Shown here: positions 49,455 to 62,418 of the stretch, piece after piece
Layout: each line of letters opens with the position of its first letter
Position numbering within the stretch: the first letter of the stretch is position 1
NCBI GenBank assembly: GCA_001949185.1
Contig: BDGG01000011.1
Span: 641,552-705,551, forward strand
Source: Ramazzottius varieornatus
Lineage: Eukaryota > Animalia > Tardigrada
Direction of reading: 5' to 3'
DNA length: 64,000 nt
Program-made: the position numbers and the translations under genes
Notes under the pieces: model-generated
Told to the model about the DNA's origin: nothing
The model's input: the letters and a program-made list of their open reading frames with translations, nothing else
Databases searched by the model: none

Positions 49455-50883
49455 CACTTCACTCAAAGATGGATGAGACAGGTATACACCAACTTCCAGC
49501 GACCACACAGATATCCCACAGGTTTCTAGAAAAGATCGAGTAGAAACTACGACTAGAAGAGATCCACCGAAGCGCAGGAGAAATAAAATGTTTTATAGAA
49601 GATGAGGAAGGGGAGAAAACCGTAACGCAGGAAAGTGCCAATCATCCACTCCCATGACGTCAACGTACAGTACAACACATGACATAGAACTGTATGTCAT
49701 GTATGACATATGTCACATATTAATGAATACTAGCGTTCCGAGTTCCGACTTCCGGTGCGGCGGTGCCGTGACTGCCGTCTTAATCCAGAATCCTAGATCA
49801 TCTTCCTGTTTGTCCTATGATGCATCTTGAAATTCTCCCTCCTTTAACCTCTTCTACTGACAGCTGACGAAGGCTCGGGATGAAGCAGTTATACAACGGG
49901 ATGACGTCTCCGGACTCTAACTGCTGGCAGTTTTCAGTGCTCCACTGTTCGCATGAGTTTATCGTTACGCAAATTTATATATTATGGGAACAGGTGAACG
50001 ATCGAAGTCGGACCTCGGAACGCTGTCTCTCTCCTGGACTGCTGGAAGGGCACTATACCAGTAAGCCCACCAGGTAGGAAAAGTGGTAGGTTGAGTCTGC
50101 TTAATCTCCCGTATACTTATCGAAGTCTCATCGTCTCAGCAGATGAAACCACCATATGCAACTCTTGTAATATATAAGTATATTATTCTTCCAGATTAAG
50201 GATAAAATGAACGGGTTTACACGAGCTGAAGACCTACGTCAATTTCCACGAAATGCGAAGGATTGCGAAGGACGTTGCTGTTCCGCTGGTGCTTGTTGCT
50301 CGACTCCTCGGCGAGGGAAAGAAGACATTTGTCCGGCACGCCTTCTGCAAGCCAAACAAAGTTTAACAAACCGGACGCGCGAGGCTCGTCGAAGACCTAG
50401 GAATCTGGAAAGCTTCATGAAAGCGGAAAATTTGCACCGTACGTTGGTATGATGGCCTAATATCACCTGCCATTGTGCTAGTCATTATTCTCTATATTTC
50501 AGTGTTGATAAGAAGGATTGCGGGATGAGCATTTCGGACGGCGTCGACCAGTCACACAGAATTACAGAGTAAGTGATTCCATATGACTCGAGAAAGAAAT
50601 GAACATGAATTGCTACTTCTGTTCGAGCCAGATTTAATGTACGGGCGCTGAAAATAGCCCTGCTCAGCAAATAGCTTGTTGGAGAAGACATCTAAGTAGC
50701 ATTACCCGAGAGCTCGGCAAACAGCCTCAAACAAAGTGGCGCACACTTTCGGTGCTTTCGGCTGGAGGTGTGCGTCACTTGGACAAGTAATCTTTGCCGA
50801 GCTTGTTTGCTTGGATTCCACTTGACACCAGACAGAGTTATGAGGATAGATGACCGTTAGACTTTCTTGGCGTGTTGAACTGT

Positions 50884-51452
50884 TTAAAAGGGTCCGGTTT
50901 CACAGGTTTGACCGCAGGTTGCCACTCCATTAGGTTGGATTTGGCCTGTCGTGAAGGTGCAACCAGGAGCTGGGACATTTCCTTGCGCTATACATAGAGC
51001 TATAGCTATAGCCACAGGGTTGGTGGGGCTGATGGTGGTGGTGGTGACGGGGATGCCTGGAATAACGATGGGTGTACCCGAATAGCCGCCGGAAGTTCCG
51101 GCAGCCAAGACTGGCGTCCCCACTATAACTTGCCGGCTGGCCAGGTTGTCGCTTTTAGACGTATATTGACAAGCAGGATGAGGGAAGGTGAACGTCATGC
51201 CTTGACAGAAGAAGACGGAAGGTCCGGAAGCAGTGACGGAGGATTTTGCGGACAACGAGTCGGCGCTGGAGGTGTAGCCGCAACTGGGATGGGGAAAGGC
51301 AAACAGTCGACCGTCACAGTACCATAGACCGTTCAGTACATTCAGACCTGCAAATGACAGACAGCCGTTTACTCCTTTACCAAGGTACGGCTGTCAGACT
51401 TCTTACCATTGAGGACGAGGAGAATCGGCAGGACCAGACGCAAAATCAACAT
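50884..51452 (-). CDS. Small secreted protein with two CxGxxFxFPHPxCxYTS repeats and a 4-Cys C-terminal module; no recognised family
   Basis: Exon 1 (51452-51407) is MLILRLVLPILLVLN with donor GTAAGA. Exon 2 from 51347 is in frame with ORF 50884..51255 and contains WYCDGRLFAFPHPSCGYTSSADSL and FFCQGMTFTFPHPACQYTSKSDNL. Confidence 0.75.
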
Positions 51453-52463
51453 GGTAGCGAGCCCAGTTCACGGCCCTTGGCCGGTCGTATGGTCAACTTG
51501 GCTTCCGTGTTTTCGAAGGCTTATTATATTGTCGGCGCTTACCACCGCCACCGGTCCTGCACGGGCATGCTGGAATGCTTACGGTGAGCACTGTTATAGG
51601 CATGATGTGGTCAGCCGGCATGATCTCTTAGGTGAGCGCATCGCTTTTCTCTTTTATTGCAACAGCGACCTCTATCACCACTTTGGGCGTTGCGTCTGAG
51701 CGTAGATCTTTCTCTTACTACGGAATCCTCTGAGAAGGAATAGTTGTGCGTCCGTGGGTTACATAGAAGGCCGTCGTTGTTTGCTCAGGCATTGTGCGAC
51801 TACAAAGGTGCGCTCGTGTAATGAAACAGCCATCATAATACTGTATCTTGTTGTTAAAAATGTATCTGGAATTACTCTCGTGCACGATGGCTGGCCTACA
51901 CTCTAATCGTGATGGGCGCACCATGGACACAAAAAACTTTCGTTACATTCACGAGTTACATGATTTTCGGAAGCTGCATTTTCTCTGTTGACGGCAAACT
52001 GAACTGATGTCGGGGGGAGAGTGTCGCGTGTCTGGATGTGCTGTTTGAAGAAAGCGCTCGTCGACTTGTTCTCCTTGTTCTTTTGAGGGTTCTACAAAAG
52101 GTAGCCGATATGCTTATCAAGGTTCGGCGAAGAATCGCACACGGAAGTAGAATTAGGACTTATGGGCTCGCACTTTGATACGATAAAGACATTGACGACA
52201 TTTCCGACATGTCGTCGCGGAAACCTTCCATGTCGTCATTTTCAGGTACGATGGTAGGCAGCAAGACCTTGTCGATACACGACCACCAAACCATAATTTC
52301 CAGCAAATGGGCAAATTATAGCACTAGTCACACCTCCATCTTTTGAGAGCATCTCCGCATTCCAGCTCCACTAATCCAATGGGAAGGAAGTGTGCTCTTG
52401 CAAAGAGGATTTTATAGTTGATAGTTCGGAGGTTTGTGGGGGATCATTCCGGGCTCTGATACA

Positions 52464-55400
52464 ATGGCATTTTGGATCTTGTTGATCTTACTATCGTTGG
52501 TTCTTTGGGTGAACGGACGGAATGTCAGCGAATCGGGACGTCCTTGTAACAGGTTCGTCGCTTTGTAAACTATCGCGACTCTGCGGAGGATTCGACCATC
52601 TCGAGGCTCGACAAAAAGTCGATATAATTGTTTTCTCGAGCGGCGCACAGTTACGGGGATTTCGGCTGGAAGCGTGCGCCACTTGGGAGGATGATGTTAT
52701 TTGCTGAGTTCGTTTACCTAAGTCCGTAATTGATGACGTCCGCAATATTATCGAAGCACGTTCGCAATCAAGTCAGAGTTAATTTTGAGCTGATTTTGCG
52801 TTTGCTTCCAACGCGGTGGTGTAATTTCTGTAGCTCTAACCGTCTTGTTTGTTTTCAGCCCGATCTTCTGTTACGGCTCACTCCTGGAAACGGCGCAGTT
52901 GCTGGAAATCCATCACGACTCCAAGACTTTTGTGGACCGGCCACTAAAAGAGCACGTCACAGTGGAAGAAGTCCTTCAGGCTTTCGACCAACTAGAAGCC
53001 GCTATGCGGGGGAACATCACTCAGCAAGTCATGAAGGACTTTGTCAATGGCTGGTTCGCACCAGTGGGCGCTTCCCTCGAACCCTACCTGCCACCCGACT
53101 GGAAACCTGTCGATCAAGGCGGCCTACCACTTTACAACGTTCTCGAGAACCCTCTGCTGAAACAATTTGCCAAAGATATCCACGAGCAATGGCATAAACT
53201 CGGTCGAAAGGTAGGTCTTCATCATCATCAACAACCGAAAACTCGGTAAGCAAACTGGGCAAGATGGTTTGTTTTCAAGTGGCGCACCACTTCGGTGTAT
53301 TGTTCGGAAAGATGCGCCACTTGGAAAACTCAAAAATCCTTTTCCACACTGGCGCATGGTCACCGTGTTGTTGCATGCAATCGTGCGCCACTTGGGAAAG
53401 CGAACTCGTCGCGTTGGATTACCGAGCTCCCAGTTATATACAGCACATATAACTATACTGTGAATATATTTGTGGTTCTCATCAGACTCACTGTATTTCG
53501 AGTGTTCTTGCAGATCAGAGGACGAATGACTAAACTAACAGGACAAAACTCGCCGGCGAACAAGACCGAGTCCCTCATGTACGTCCCGCACCCGTTCATC
53601 GTACCAGGTGGACGTTTCCAGGAAATGTATTATTGGGACTCGTATTGGACCATTCAGGGCTTGCTGGCTTCCGGTATGAAAGAAACCGTGGCTAACATGC
53701 TTCGCAACTTCGCCTACCTTATCCAGACAGTGGGGCACATGCCCAATGCCAACCGTGTCTATTATGAGCAGCGATCCCAGCCGCCATTTTTCGCTCTGAT
53801 GGTTGAAACCTACCGGAAGCACAGTTCCGTGCAGGCCAGCGAGTCTCTAGCTTTTATCAGGGAACTGTTACCGGCGTTGGAGGTTGAGCAGGAATTCTTC
53901 CGTACTCAACGTTCCGAACAAGTCACAAAGAATGGTCTCACATACACCCTTAACGTCTACCGGGGAGGCATGACTCACCCGCGACCCGAAGCCTACTTCG
54001 AAGATTACCATTTGGCCGAAACTCTGGATGGGTTTCAGAGTAAGATGATTTCTTCGATCTCAAGTTAGGCAAGAGGTCTTAAGTCCATGGTCTGTTCGTA
54101 GCTGAGGAGGAGCTCTTCGCTAACCTGGCGGCTGGTGCCGAAAGTGGCTGGGACTTTTCTTCGCGGTGGTACGAGCATGCCGCGGCCCACTTCTCGACCA
54201 TACGAACCGAAACAATCATTCCCGTCGACCTCAACGCTATACTGTGTGCTAGCGAACGTCTCATGGGCGACTTTTACTACCTGACAGGTCAGCTGCTTTT
54301 CTCTTCATATGGGTTGGTCCCGGGGACCCTGGAATTCGCCAAGACCGTTTTCCTTAAGTGGCGCACTTTCGGCTAATAACGCAGCAACGTTGCGCCAATT
54401 GGGAAAACAGTTTTGTTGAATATATTCAAGTCGCGTACGTGTCATTGTTATTGGTCGGAAGCGTGCGCCACTTAAGAAAACGATCTTGCTAAGTTTGTTT
54501 GCCGAACTGATACTTGATTTTGGCCTCTCTTCAGGAAACATTACGCAAGCCGAGGTCTTCCGGGACCGTGCCGTAAAAAGAGCTGATGCCATCCACGACC
54601 TGATGTGGAATGATCACAAGAAGATGTGGCGGGATTACGACGCCAAATACCAGCTACAGCGCGATGGCTTCTATACCAGCCACATTACTCCCCTGTTCGC
54701 AAAGTGTAACGGCAAGGTCAACATTACATCTACAGCTTTTCTTCAGGCCGTTCTCAGCTCGGTCGACGTAAGTAACCTTTTGTCAGGTTTTATTCTTTCG
54801 TTCCTTCATTAAGTGTATGTTGCCTCTTTTCAGATCAAGGAGGTCACGGCGTTTCCAGGAGGGTTCCCCCAGTCGTTAGTTCGCGAACCGTTCAGCGGAC
54901 AGCAGTGGGACTTTCCTTACGCTTGGCCGCCCAACCAACTGATGATGATTGAAAGTAAGAGTATAACGATAGCCCTATGGTTATTTAGGAGCTCAGCCAA
55001 TAACCTCGCCGAAATATCTCTTCAAATCTTTCCAAGTGGCGCACACTCCCAATGCATTTGGCTGGAAGTATGCGGCGCTTGGGAAAACATTTGGCGTCCC
55101 CGTTTTCTTTTGCTGTTTTTCTACGAGAAATCTGTCAAGCTGGTGCCCGGCACAAACTGGACAGGCCTTTATCCTAGAAAAAAGAGCGATTACGCAGCGT
55201 CTGTACATGACTTCCCGTAACTTATTCCCCGTTTACTTCCTTGCTACTTACTCCAGTTCCTCGGTAGCTTGGTAAAGTAATCCTTGTTTGACCGGCAGGT
55301 TTCATGGATGATCCAGCCACTCGAGAAACGGCCCGGCAGTGGGCGCAGAAGTGGATGGACGTGGTCTACATCGGCTTTGTCAAGAGTGGCTCCTTCTACG

Positions 55401-55762
55401 AAAAGTACGATGCCCGAGAGATGGGCATGTATGGAGGAGGTGGTGAGTACGATGTTCAAGAGGGATTTGGATGGACCAATGGTGGCATCCTCCGCCTGAT
55501 GGTAAGTCTTACTCAGTTCGCTGGGATCTTCGATTACTGGATACAGAATCGTTCACTTCTGCAGGAAATCTTCCCTAACCAACTTGTGGCCAACCCACCG
55601 CCCGACAACAGCACTTTCCTTCCTCCCTCCAGCAGCACCGATGGGGAGGTTACTGGTAGCAGTACCAACGCCAGCGCCGATGCGACCACGCCTTCCTGCG
55701 CCGATAAGTCTTCCACTTCCTCGCTCTTCTTTATAGCTTTCATTTCTTTTTTTCTCCTGTAG
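52464..55762 (+). CDS. TREH: Alpha,alpha-trehalase (GH37), signal peptide and probable GPI anchor, catalytic motifs intact
   Basis: MAFWILLILLSLVLWVNG..PCNS|PIFCYGSLL, DSKTFVD, PGGRFQEMYYWDSYW, PNANRVYYEQRSQPP, RPEAY, AAGAESGWDFSSRW, PVDLN, QWDFPYAWPP, GGGGEYDVQEGFGWTNG, Ser/Thr stalk and hydrophobic C-terminus. Confidence 0.96.
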
Positions 55763-55954
55763 TTATCCTTCTGATGTGAACAATGAATGTTCACAGAGCT
55801 GTCATCTGTAAAATATTTGTGGGTGCTTTCGTTTGTCGTTGGCAGCCAATGTGTCGTCGCCATATCCGGTCTCAATCCAGCTGGTATTTTATTCTAACGT
55901 AGGGTGCTTTTGATACGTAATTAAAAGTGGTTGGATTTTGTTTTGTGAAACACA

Positions 55955-58849
55955 ATGTCTCATTTGGCGATTTTAAAAGCATTACTCTTGATTACTTTCT
56001 GCGCGAATTTGTCGAAGACTGACGCTACCAAAGGGAAGGTAGCATATAAGGCACACGATGCCGGAGTTCCTTGTGAAAGGTAAGGAATACAATTGTTCGG
56101 GTCTCTTTCCAAGAAAGCTTCAACTGACTCCTGATATGTCTTTGTCTTTTTTAGTCCGATTTACTGTTACGGAAGTTTGTTACATACAGTGCAAACTATG
56201 GGTCTCTTCAACGATTCGAAAGATTTCGTCGATCAGCCAGTGAAGAAAGAGTTTACTGTTCAACAGGTCCTCAAGGCCTTTGACAGGCTGAAACGACAGA
56301 ACGCGGGCAACTTGTCGAAAGAATCCGTCCTAAAGTTTGTGGACCGTCACTTTGTCGATGCCGAGCTAGCTGACAATGCCAGGAGATGCCCCTTGCTGGA
56401 CTGGAAGAATGTGACCGAGGGCGGACTGCCCGTCTACCACAACATCAGCGACGTTAAGCTGCAAGAACTGGCCCTCCACATCCATGAGAAATGGCTAGAC
56501 TTGGCGCGCAGCGTATGATAAAATTCTTTATTCAGTCTATTTCGAAATATAATATTGGGATCTAGAAAAACCAACTTGCGAAAGATCGGTGCTCTGAGTA
56601 GCGCACGGTCTCACCTAATAATACCGGAAACATGCGCCACAAGGGAAGACTCGACAAGATCGATTTTCAAGAAGCGCACTCTTCCAGCCTTTAACACTGG
56701 GAAGGTGCGCAACTTAGGTAGACATAATGTCGAGCTTGCTTGCCGAGCTCTCGTGACGACTGTCGTTGAGTGTAGCTGGGTAATTTCAACACGTGTGTTT
56801 TCTTGATAGATGGCGGACACAGGGGCAAGACCTTTGGTTGGCGAAGATGGACAAGGGGTACTGGAAGCCGATCTGCCAGACTCATTAGTTTCCCTGCCAT
56901 ATCCCGCTATCGTTTCCGGTGGGCGTTTTCGGGAAGCCAACTACTGGGACTCTTACTGGATCGTGCAGGGTCTGCTGGTCTCCAAACTGACCGATACAGC
57001 CCGCGGAGTCATTCTCAACTTTGCCGATCTGATTGACAGGTATGGTACCTCGAAGAAAGGGATGACCGAGGTAGCAAAGTGTGTTTGTAGGATGGGATTT
57101 GTGCCAGCTGGAAACCGTGTTTACTATGGAAGACGATCGGCACCTCCTGTCTTGGCACTAATGGTCGATTCTTACCGTCGCAATCCTCATGTTACCGTCG
57201 GTCAGGGTAAGAAACTGGTTCAGGAGACGTTGCCGGCACTCGAAAGGGAGTATCGTTGGTGGATGGAACAACGCAATGTGACAGTACGTAGCGCTGATGG
57301 ACAATTGCAGGCCATTCTCAATGTTTACCGAGCGGGTCTTCTCGCTGCTCCCATGACCCATCCCCGACCTGAATTTTACTTGCAAGACGTTCATCGGGCT
57401 TCCAACTTATCCGACCCTTCAAGTGAGATTCGACAACCTAGATCTGAAGTTTGAACTAACGAAGAGCTCGGCAAACCAATTTCAAACATTGTTTTCCCAA
57501 GCGACGCACGTTCACGACGTTACTGGCAAGCAGCGTGCGCCACTTAGAATGATCCACTTAGAATGATCCACTTAGAACGCTCTCAGGTGGTGCACGTTGC
57601 CATTATTATTAGCTGAGAGTATGCGCCACTGTGGAAAAAGGAGTCTGTCGAGTTTAGTTGCAAGGGTTTCATATCAATTATTTTTTTGCAGGTTGGGACA
57701 AGCTGTACCGAAATGGAGCAGCAGCATCCGAGAGTACTTGGAGCTCGTCTTCCCGCTGGACGGACGTCGAGGTGGAGGACATCGTGCCTGTCGACCTCAA
57801 CGCTTTTCTTTGTGCCTATGAACGACAGATGGCCGAGTTTTACCACTCTACCGGCAATGAGAAGATGGCCGAAGAGTTTCAGGATTTGGCCAAGATCCGA
57901 GCAGATGCCATCCACGCTTTCCTGTGGAACGACACCGTCAAGATGTGGCGTGATTACGATGTGCGAGCCCAAAAACAACGGCCGGGTTTCTACTTGAGCC
58001 ACATCGCGCCCATCTTTGCCCACTGTAGCGGCAAAGTTAATATTACTTCCACTGATTTTCTCCAAGCCGTCTTCAAATCCGCTGATGTTGGTTTTATTCT
58101 AACGTTCTCGTATTTTTTTTCTTTGGATTTAAGAGTGATTTAGCAAATAAGATTAAGGTGGTTTTCGTGCTGTAGTTGAAAGAGGCGACCAAGTACCCGG
58201 GCGGAATTCCGGCTTCCGACGCAACAACGCCCTCTGGCCTGCAGTGGGACTACCCCAACGCCTTCGCTCCTCTCCAACTAATGCTCGTCGAAGGTTTGTT
58301 TATGTTTTGACACCTATCTTTCTTACCATCACAGACCACGTGAGCTCGAAACCAATTGACATCCGCCAAACAGACTTGACAAGATTACGGAGTGGCGCAC
58401 ATTCTGGTTGTTATCTGCTAGAAGCAAGCGCCACTTGTAGTAACAACCTTGTCTTATGTTTCCAACTGGCGCATGCTCACGGTGTGGTCGGCTTGAAACG
58501 TGCGTCGCTTTTTCTGCATCCACCGAACGCAAGGGAAATATTTTTTACAGGGTTCGCCGGTGAGGAGAAGTTTCGGGACGCTACGTTATCGTGGGCCCAG
58601 AAGTTTATGTCCAGCATCTACCGCGGGTACGAGGCCGACAAGGAGCTCTACGACCGCTATGACGTCAGTCGAGTGGCCGAGAAAGGCACAGGTGAAGAGT
58701 ACGAGGCGCAAGGCGGCTTTGGTTGGACTAACGGAGTAGCCTTGCGTCTGATGGAACTTTTCCCCCAGGACCTCAACGGCGCCGCCACGCACTTTGCAAC
58801 GCTCTCCGTACTGTGCATGTCCTTACTTTCCTTGTTTATTTTCTTCTGA
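55955..58849 (+). CDS. Tandem trehalase (GH37) paralog with degenerate active site (probable pseudoenzyme)
   Basis: Signal peptide, PCES|PIYCYGSLL, DSKDFVD, SGGRFREANYWDSYW, PAGNRVYYGRRSAPP, RPEFY, AAASESTWSSSSRW, PVDLN, QWDYPNAFAP, GTGEEYEAQGGFGWTNG, GPI-like tail. The reading frame is intact across GT-AG junctions. Confidence 0.9.
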
Positions 58850-59762
58850 TGGCACATCCCGTGGGCGCGGAAAACGCAGGGCCAGCGACGTGTTATGATG
58901 TATTGTATACCGCGGGCTATGGCACTAGCCGCGACAAGCATTGGCATTTCTGTTTAGAATATTTATTGCCACGATTGGCAGTCTGACGTGTCATACAAGG
59001 TACTCTCGAACCATGCTGCATCGAAGATTCGCTTGATAGTCAGACATGCAGTGCATTAGTGACACTTTGATCTCTCACCCTGAAACAGGCACGGACTCAA
59101 TTACACCGCGTCTTAGTCGACTTCGCCTGACGAAGGATCTGACTTTAGTAGACCGGACTGACGAAGAAGTACTATAATGTCTAATTAAGGTCTCAAATCT
59201 GCGCAAGCTGAGAAGATACACCGACTACGCGCTCATTTCTGGCAGCTCGAATTCGGTTTTGATTTATAGCTTTGAACCATGTTGGCCCAGCTGCAGACAA
59301 ACAGCAAACACGCAGCAGCATAACAATGTCATGACTGTAAGCGGAAACAGGTTTCCATCAAGGATGGAATGAACCGGTGACATCGTATGAACACCGGTAC
59401 GATGAGGAGCACTAGTCGACACAGTATTGACTTCTCCGTAGACAAAAACACGCTGTAAACTCATGCGTTACACCTCGTTGACATCAGGCTTGATGTTGAC
59501 AGCCAACGTTATCAAATATCGACCAGTTTCCTTTCACGGGGACTTTCCGCAGTGCGCGAGAGACCTCCCCAAATACATGCCCCATACGTGTGCCAAACAA
59601 CATCACAACACATAACACTGAGGCAAAACCTGCAGTGGAACTTCTACTGTGCATTCTGCTACTTATCATAAAACTTGGTCGAATACGACAAGCTTGAATA
59701 ATATTTTTATTACTTGGTTTCGCTTATATTTGTCAACTTTCTCTCCGTTTCAACGGGATAAA

Positions 59763-60980
59763 ATGAACGGTCAGTATGGATTCGACGGCGAGGTGGACAG
59801 CCGAGGCGGCGCCAGCTACCAAACAAGTTCGTTGAAGAGCGATACGACAGCTTTCCCAACGGAAGAGCGAACGTCCAGCTACATGTACGAACAGGAAGTT
59901 CCCCGCCGGACCACCACTATGGTGCGTGACAGCCTGGACGATGGCTTTACAGGTGGCAATGCTGGGCTGGCTGGCAGCTACGAAGAGACGCGGCAGTTCA
60001 GCAATCAACGAACACCCCTACAGTCCCCCGTTGACTTTCAGCCGGTGGAAGAAACCCGCTTCCAGAGCTCCAATTCTCCGTCCTATGCCAACAGCACGCG
60101 GCCCGTCAGCACCAACAGCTTGGACGAAGGCCAGTCGATGCAGCGGGAGAAGGAAGTCTTCGGCGAGCATTACTGGCAGCTGGAGCAAGAACGGAAGCAA
60201 AGGGAACAGAGCGCCAACATCAACGACTTTGACATGGACAAGCGCGGTGGACTGCACAGCGCTTCTCGTCATCGTCCAGCCAATTACGCCGTGGCCGATA
60301 TCCTCCTGTGGAAGAACGTCAAGGACTCTTCCGTGGTCTTTAGCCTGGGGGCTTTCCTCCTCTTCTGTCTGACGCGCTTCTCCTTGATCACCCTGCTGGC
60401 CTATTCTTCGCTGGCCGTCCTGACGCTGGCCGGCGGCTGGGTCTTCGTCAAGCAGATGATGCAGACCTTCCAGAAGACGTCGTCGGCCAAGGCCGAAGGA
60501 GACGCTGCCCCCGCCCCCACCCATCCCTTCCACAAGCAGCTGCAGCGTGAGGTGGTCATCCCACCCGACTACGCCCACCAGACGCTGGACAGCGTACTGC
60601 AGCCCATCAACTCGACGCTGCTGCGCATGCGCAACCTCTATTTGGCTGACTCGCTGGCCCAGACGCTCAAGCTGGCATTCTTCATGTACATTCTGACGTA
60701 TGTTGGCCGGTGGTTCAACCTGCTGACGCTGGTCAGTATCGGCTGGGTCTTGGCCTTCGTCGTGCCCCGCGTCTACACCATGTACCGTCCCCAAATCGAT
60801 GGCGGCTTAAAGAAAATGGAAGGCCAGGCTAGGATGGCCAGTGATAAGGTGATGGCCGTCTTCAACCAACAGAAGGATAAGATGATGCATGGGAAGAATG
60901 CAGCAGCAGCTGACACTAGCGCCAGCTACAAGAGCGAAGTCAAGACCACCGTCACCGTCAAAGGAAAGAAGAGCCAGTAA
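59763..60980 (+). CDS. RTN: Reticulon-family ER-shaping protein, intronless CDS
   Basis: Reticulon homology domain VADILLWKNVKDSSVVF..FSLITLLAY..HPF..LKLAFFMYILTYVGRWFNLLTL..VPRVYTMYRPQID. C-terminal KKSQ dilysine ER-retrieval motif. AATAAA near 61197. Confidence 0.92.
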   Translation: MNGQYGFDGEVDSRGGASYQTSSLKSDTTAFPTEERTSSYMYEQEVPRRTTTMVRDSLDDGFTGGNAGLAGSYEETRQFSNQRTPLQSPVDFQPVEETRFQSSNSPSYANSTRPVSTNSLDEGQSMQREKEVFGEHYWQLEQERKQREQSANINDFDMDKRGGLHSASRHRPANYAVADILLWKNVKDSSVVFSLGAFLLFCLTRFSLITLLAYSSLAVLTLAGGWVFVKQMMQTFQKTSSAKAEGDAAPAPTHPFHKQLQREVVIPPDYAHQTLDSVLQPINSTLLRMRNLYLADSLAQTLKLAFFMYILTYVGRWFNLLTLVSIGWVLAFVVPRVYTMYRPQIDGGLKKMEGQARMASDKVMAVFNQQKDKMMHGKNAAAADTSASYKSEVKTTVTVKGKKSQ

Positions 60981-62418
60981 AAGGGATTTTGCCTTCCCTG
61001 TAACACTCTAACAGCTTTGAGCTTTCATTTATACCTGCCAGATATTCCATTGTGTACTGTACAAGATTTGATTTGACTTGTTCAACCAACATTGCATGTA
61101 TTATATGTCAAATACATTCTGGTGATTTCGATAGCAAAGGACCATGGCTAATTTCTTTTGTCTAACCACATGTGTATTCCGGCTGTCCGCCTTCCCAATA
61201 AATAAACTTTGAAAAAATGTGCTTTGAAGTTTGGACAGGGCGTGTTGATTACAAGCACATTCACAGTCTGCAGGCTTAAATCTGACACTTTTGATCCATC
61301 CATGGTGGAACTACAGGAAGTTAAATGGCGTTGTGAGGTAGCTTCCCTGCCAGACTTCAGCCCAAGATCGCAGGAGACTTTGTCGGGACTGAACGAAGCA
61401 TACGCTCATCAACTTGCAATGCCCGCAGTTCGAGCATATGGGAGGCCGGCAAACAGTTTCCGGACCATCGTCTTCAAGTAGCGCAAATGTGCAGGCATTG
61501 CCAAAGCAAACTGCGCCACTCAAAACAGCGATCGTCCCGAAATTGTTTGCCGGCCTTCCTCCCGTGGCCGATATCCTTTGGTCTAGCGAACTCCTATCAA
61601 CTTCGGGCGCTGCGGTACGAGACGACCTCGGCTTACAGGAAACACTGTAAGGTGGAAGGGTTTCGAAGGTCGAGGAAAGGTACTCTATCGGTTTAGCCGA
61701 TGGGCGATTAGTACAACACCTGTTATACAGTAGCAACTTGATGGCGACATGAACTGTGTGGATAGTGATTGGTGTTTGATAGTAGCAATTGCTCTTGGTA
61801 ATTAGGGCCCTTGTTTTAGGCGGGTATGGATCGGAAAAGCGTAGCGGTGCGTTGACTTGCCCAAGTGGGGCAATTACGGTAAGATGACCGGTTTGCCGGC
61901 TGGAGCTTAGGTTTGGTGCCACACCAACCTTCCAAGGTCTCGGTCGTCTCAGTTTGCCCCAGCACAATAGGCAAAGGGGCTTCTTAACGATAAAATCCCT
62001 GCTCATCTGCCCGCCGCCTTAGCCAAAGCTCTAGACTATCAAGTCCGAGGCTTGACCAGCTAGGTTAGTCCTCCAGCTTTGGACCTCTTGTCCAGTCGCG
62101 TCTTGAGGTACCTCCGATGCGGAGTAGAACGACTGTCTGCCTTACATCGACACACTCAACCTTGTCTTGCTATCAGTCTGCATCCTCTGATATCTCCTTC
62201 AATCCCTCTGGATTATCCAATGTCTCAGCGCTACGTCTGTCTACAACAGAATGACCACACTCTCTGACGGATAGAAAGTCTTGTGGTGATCCTTCTCCTG
62301 TCGTCATTCAAAGGCCCTTTTGTCTCCAGTTGTGTGCCTTCTTGGAGGACTCTTGTTGGGGCTCATAGGCCACACAACCCTACCCCCACAAGTCCGCCCA
62401 GTGTTTTCTGTTGGAAGA

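Noticed and set aside
60018-60794. 258-aa minus-strand ORF (similarly 4302..5048 and 22065..22649)
   Set aside because: Antisense to well-supported genes and explained by codon bias.
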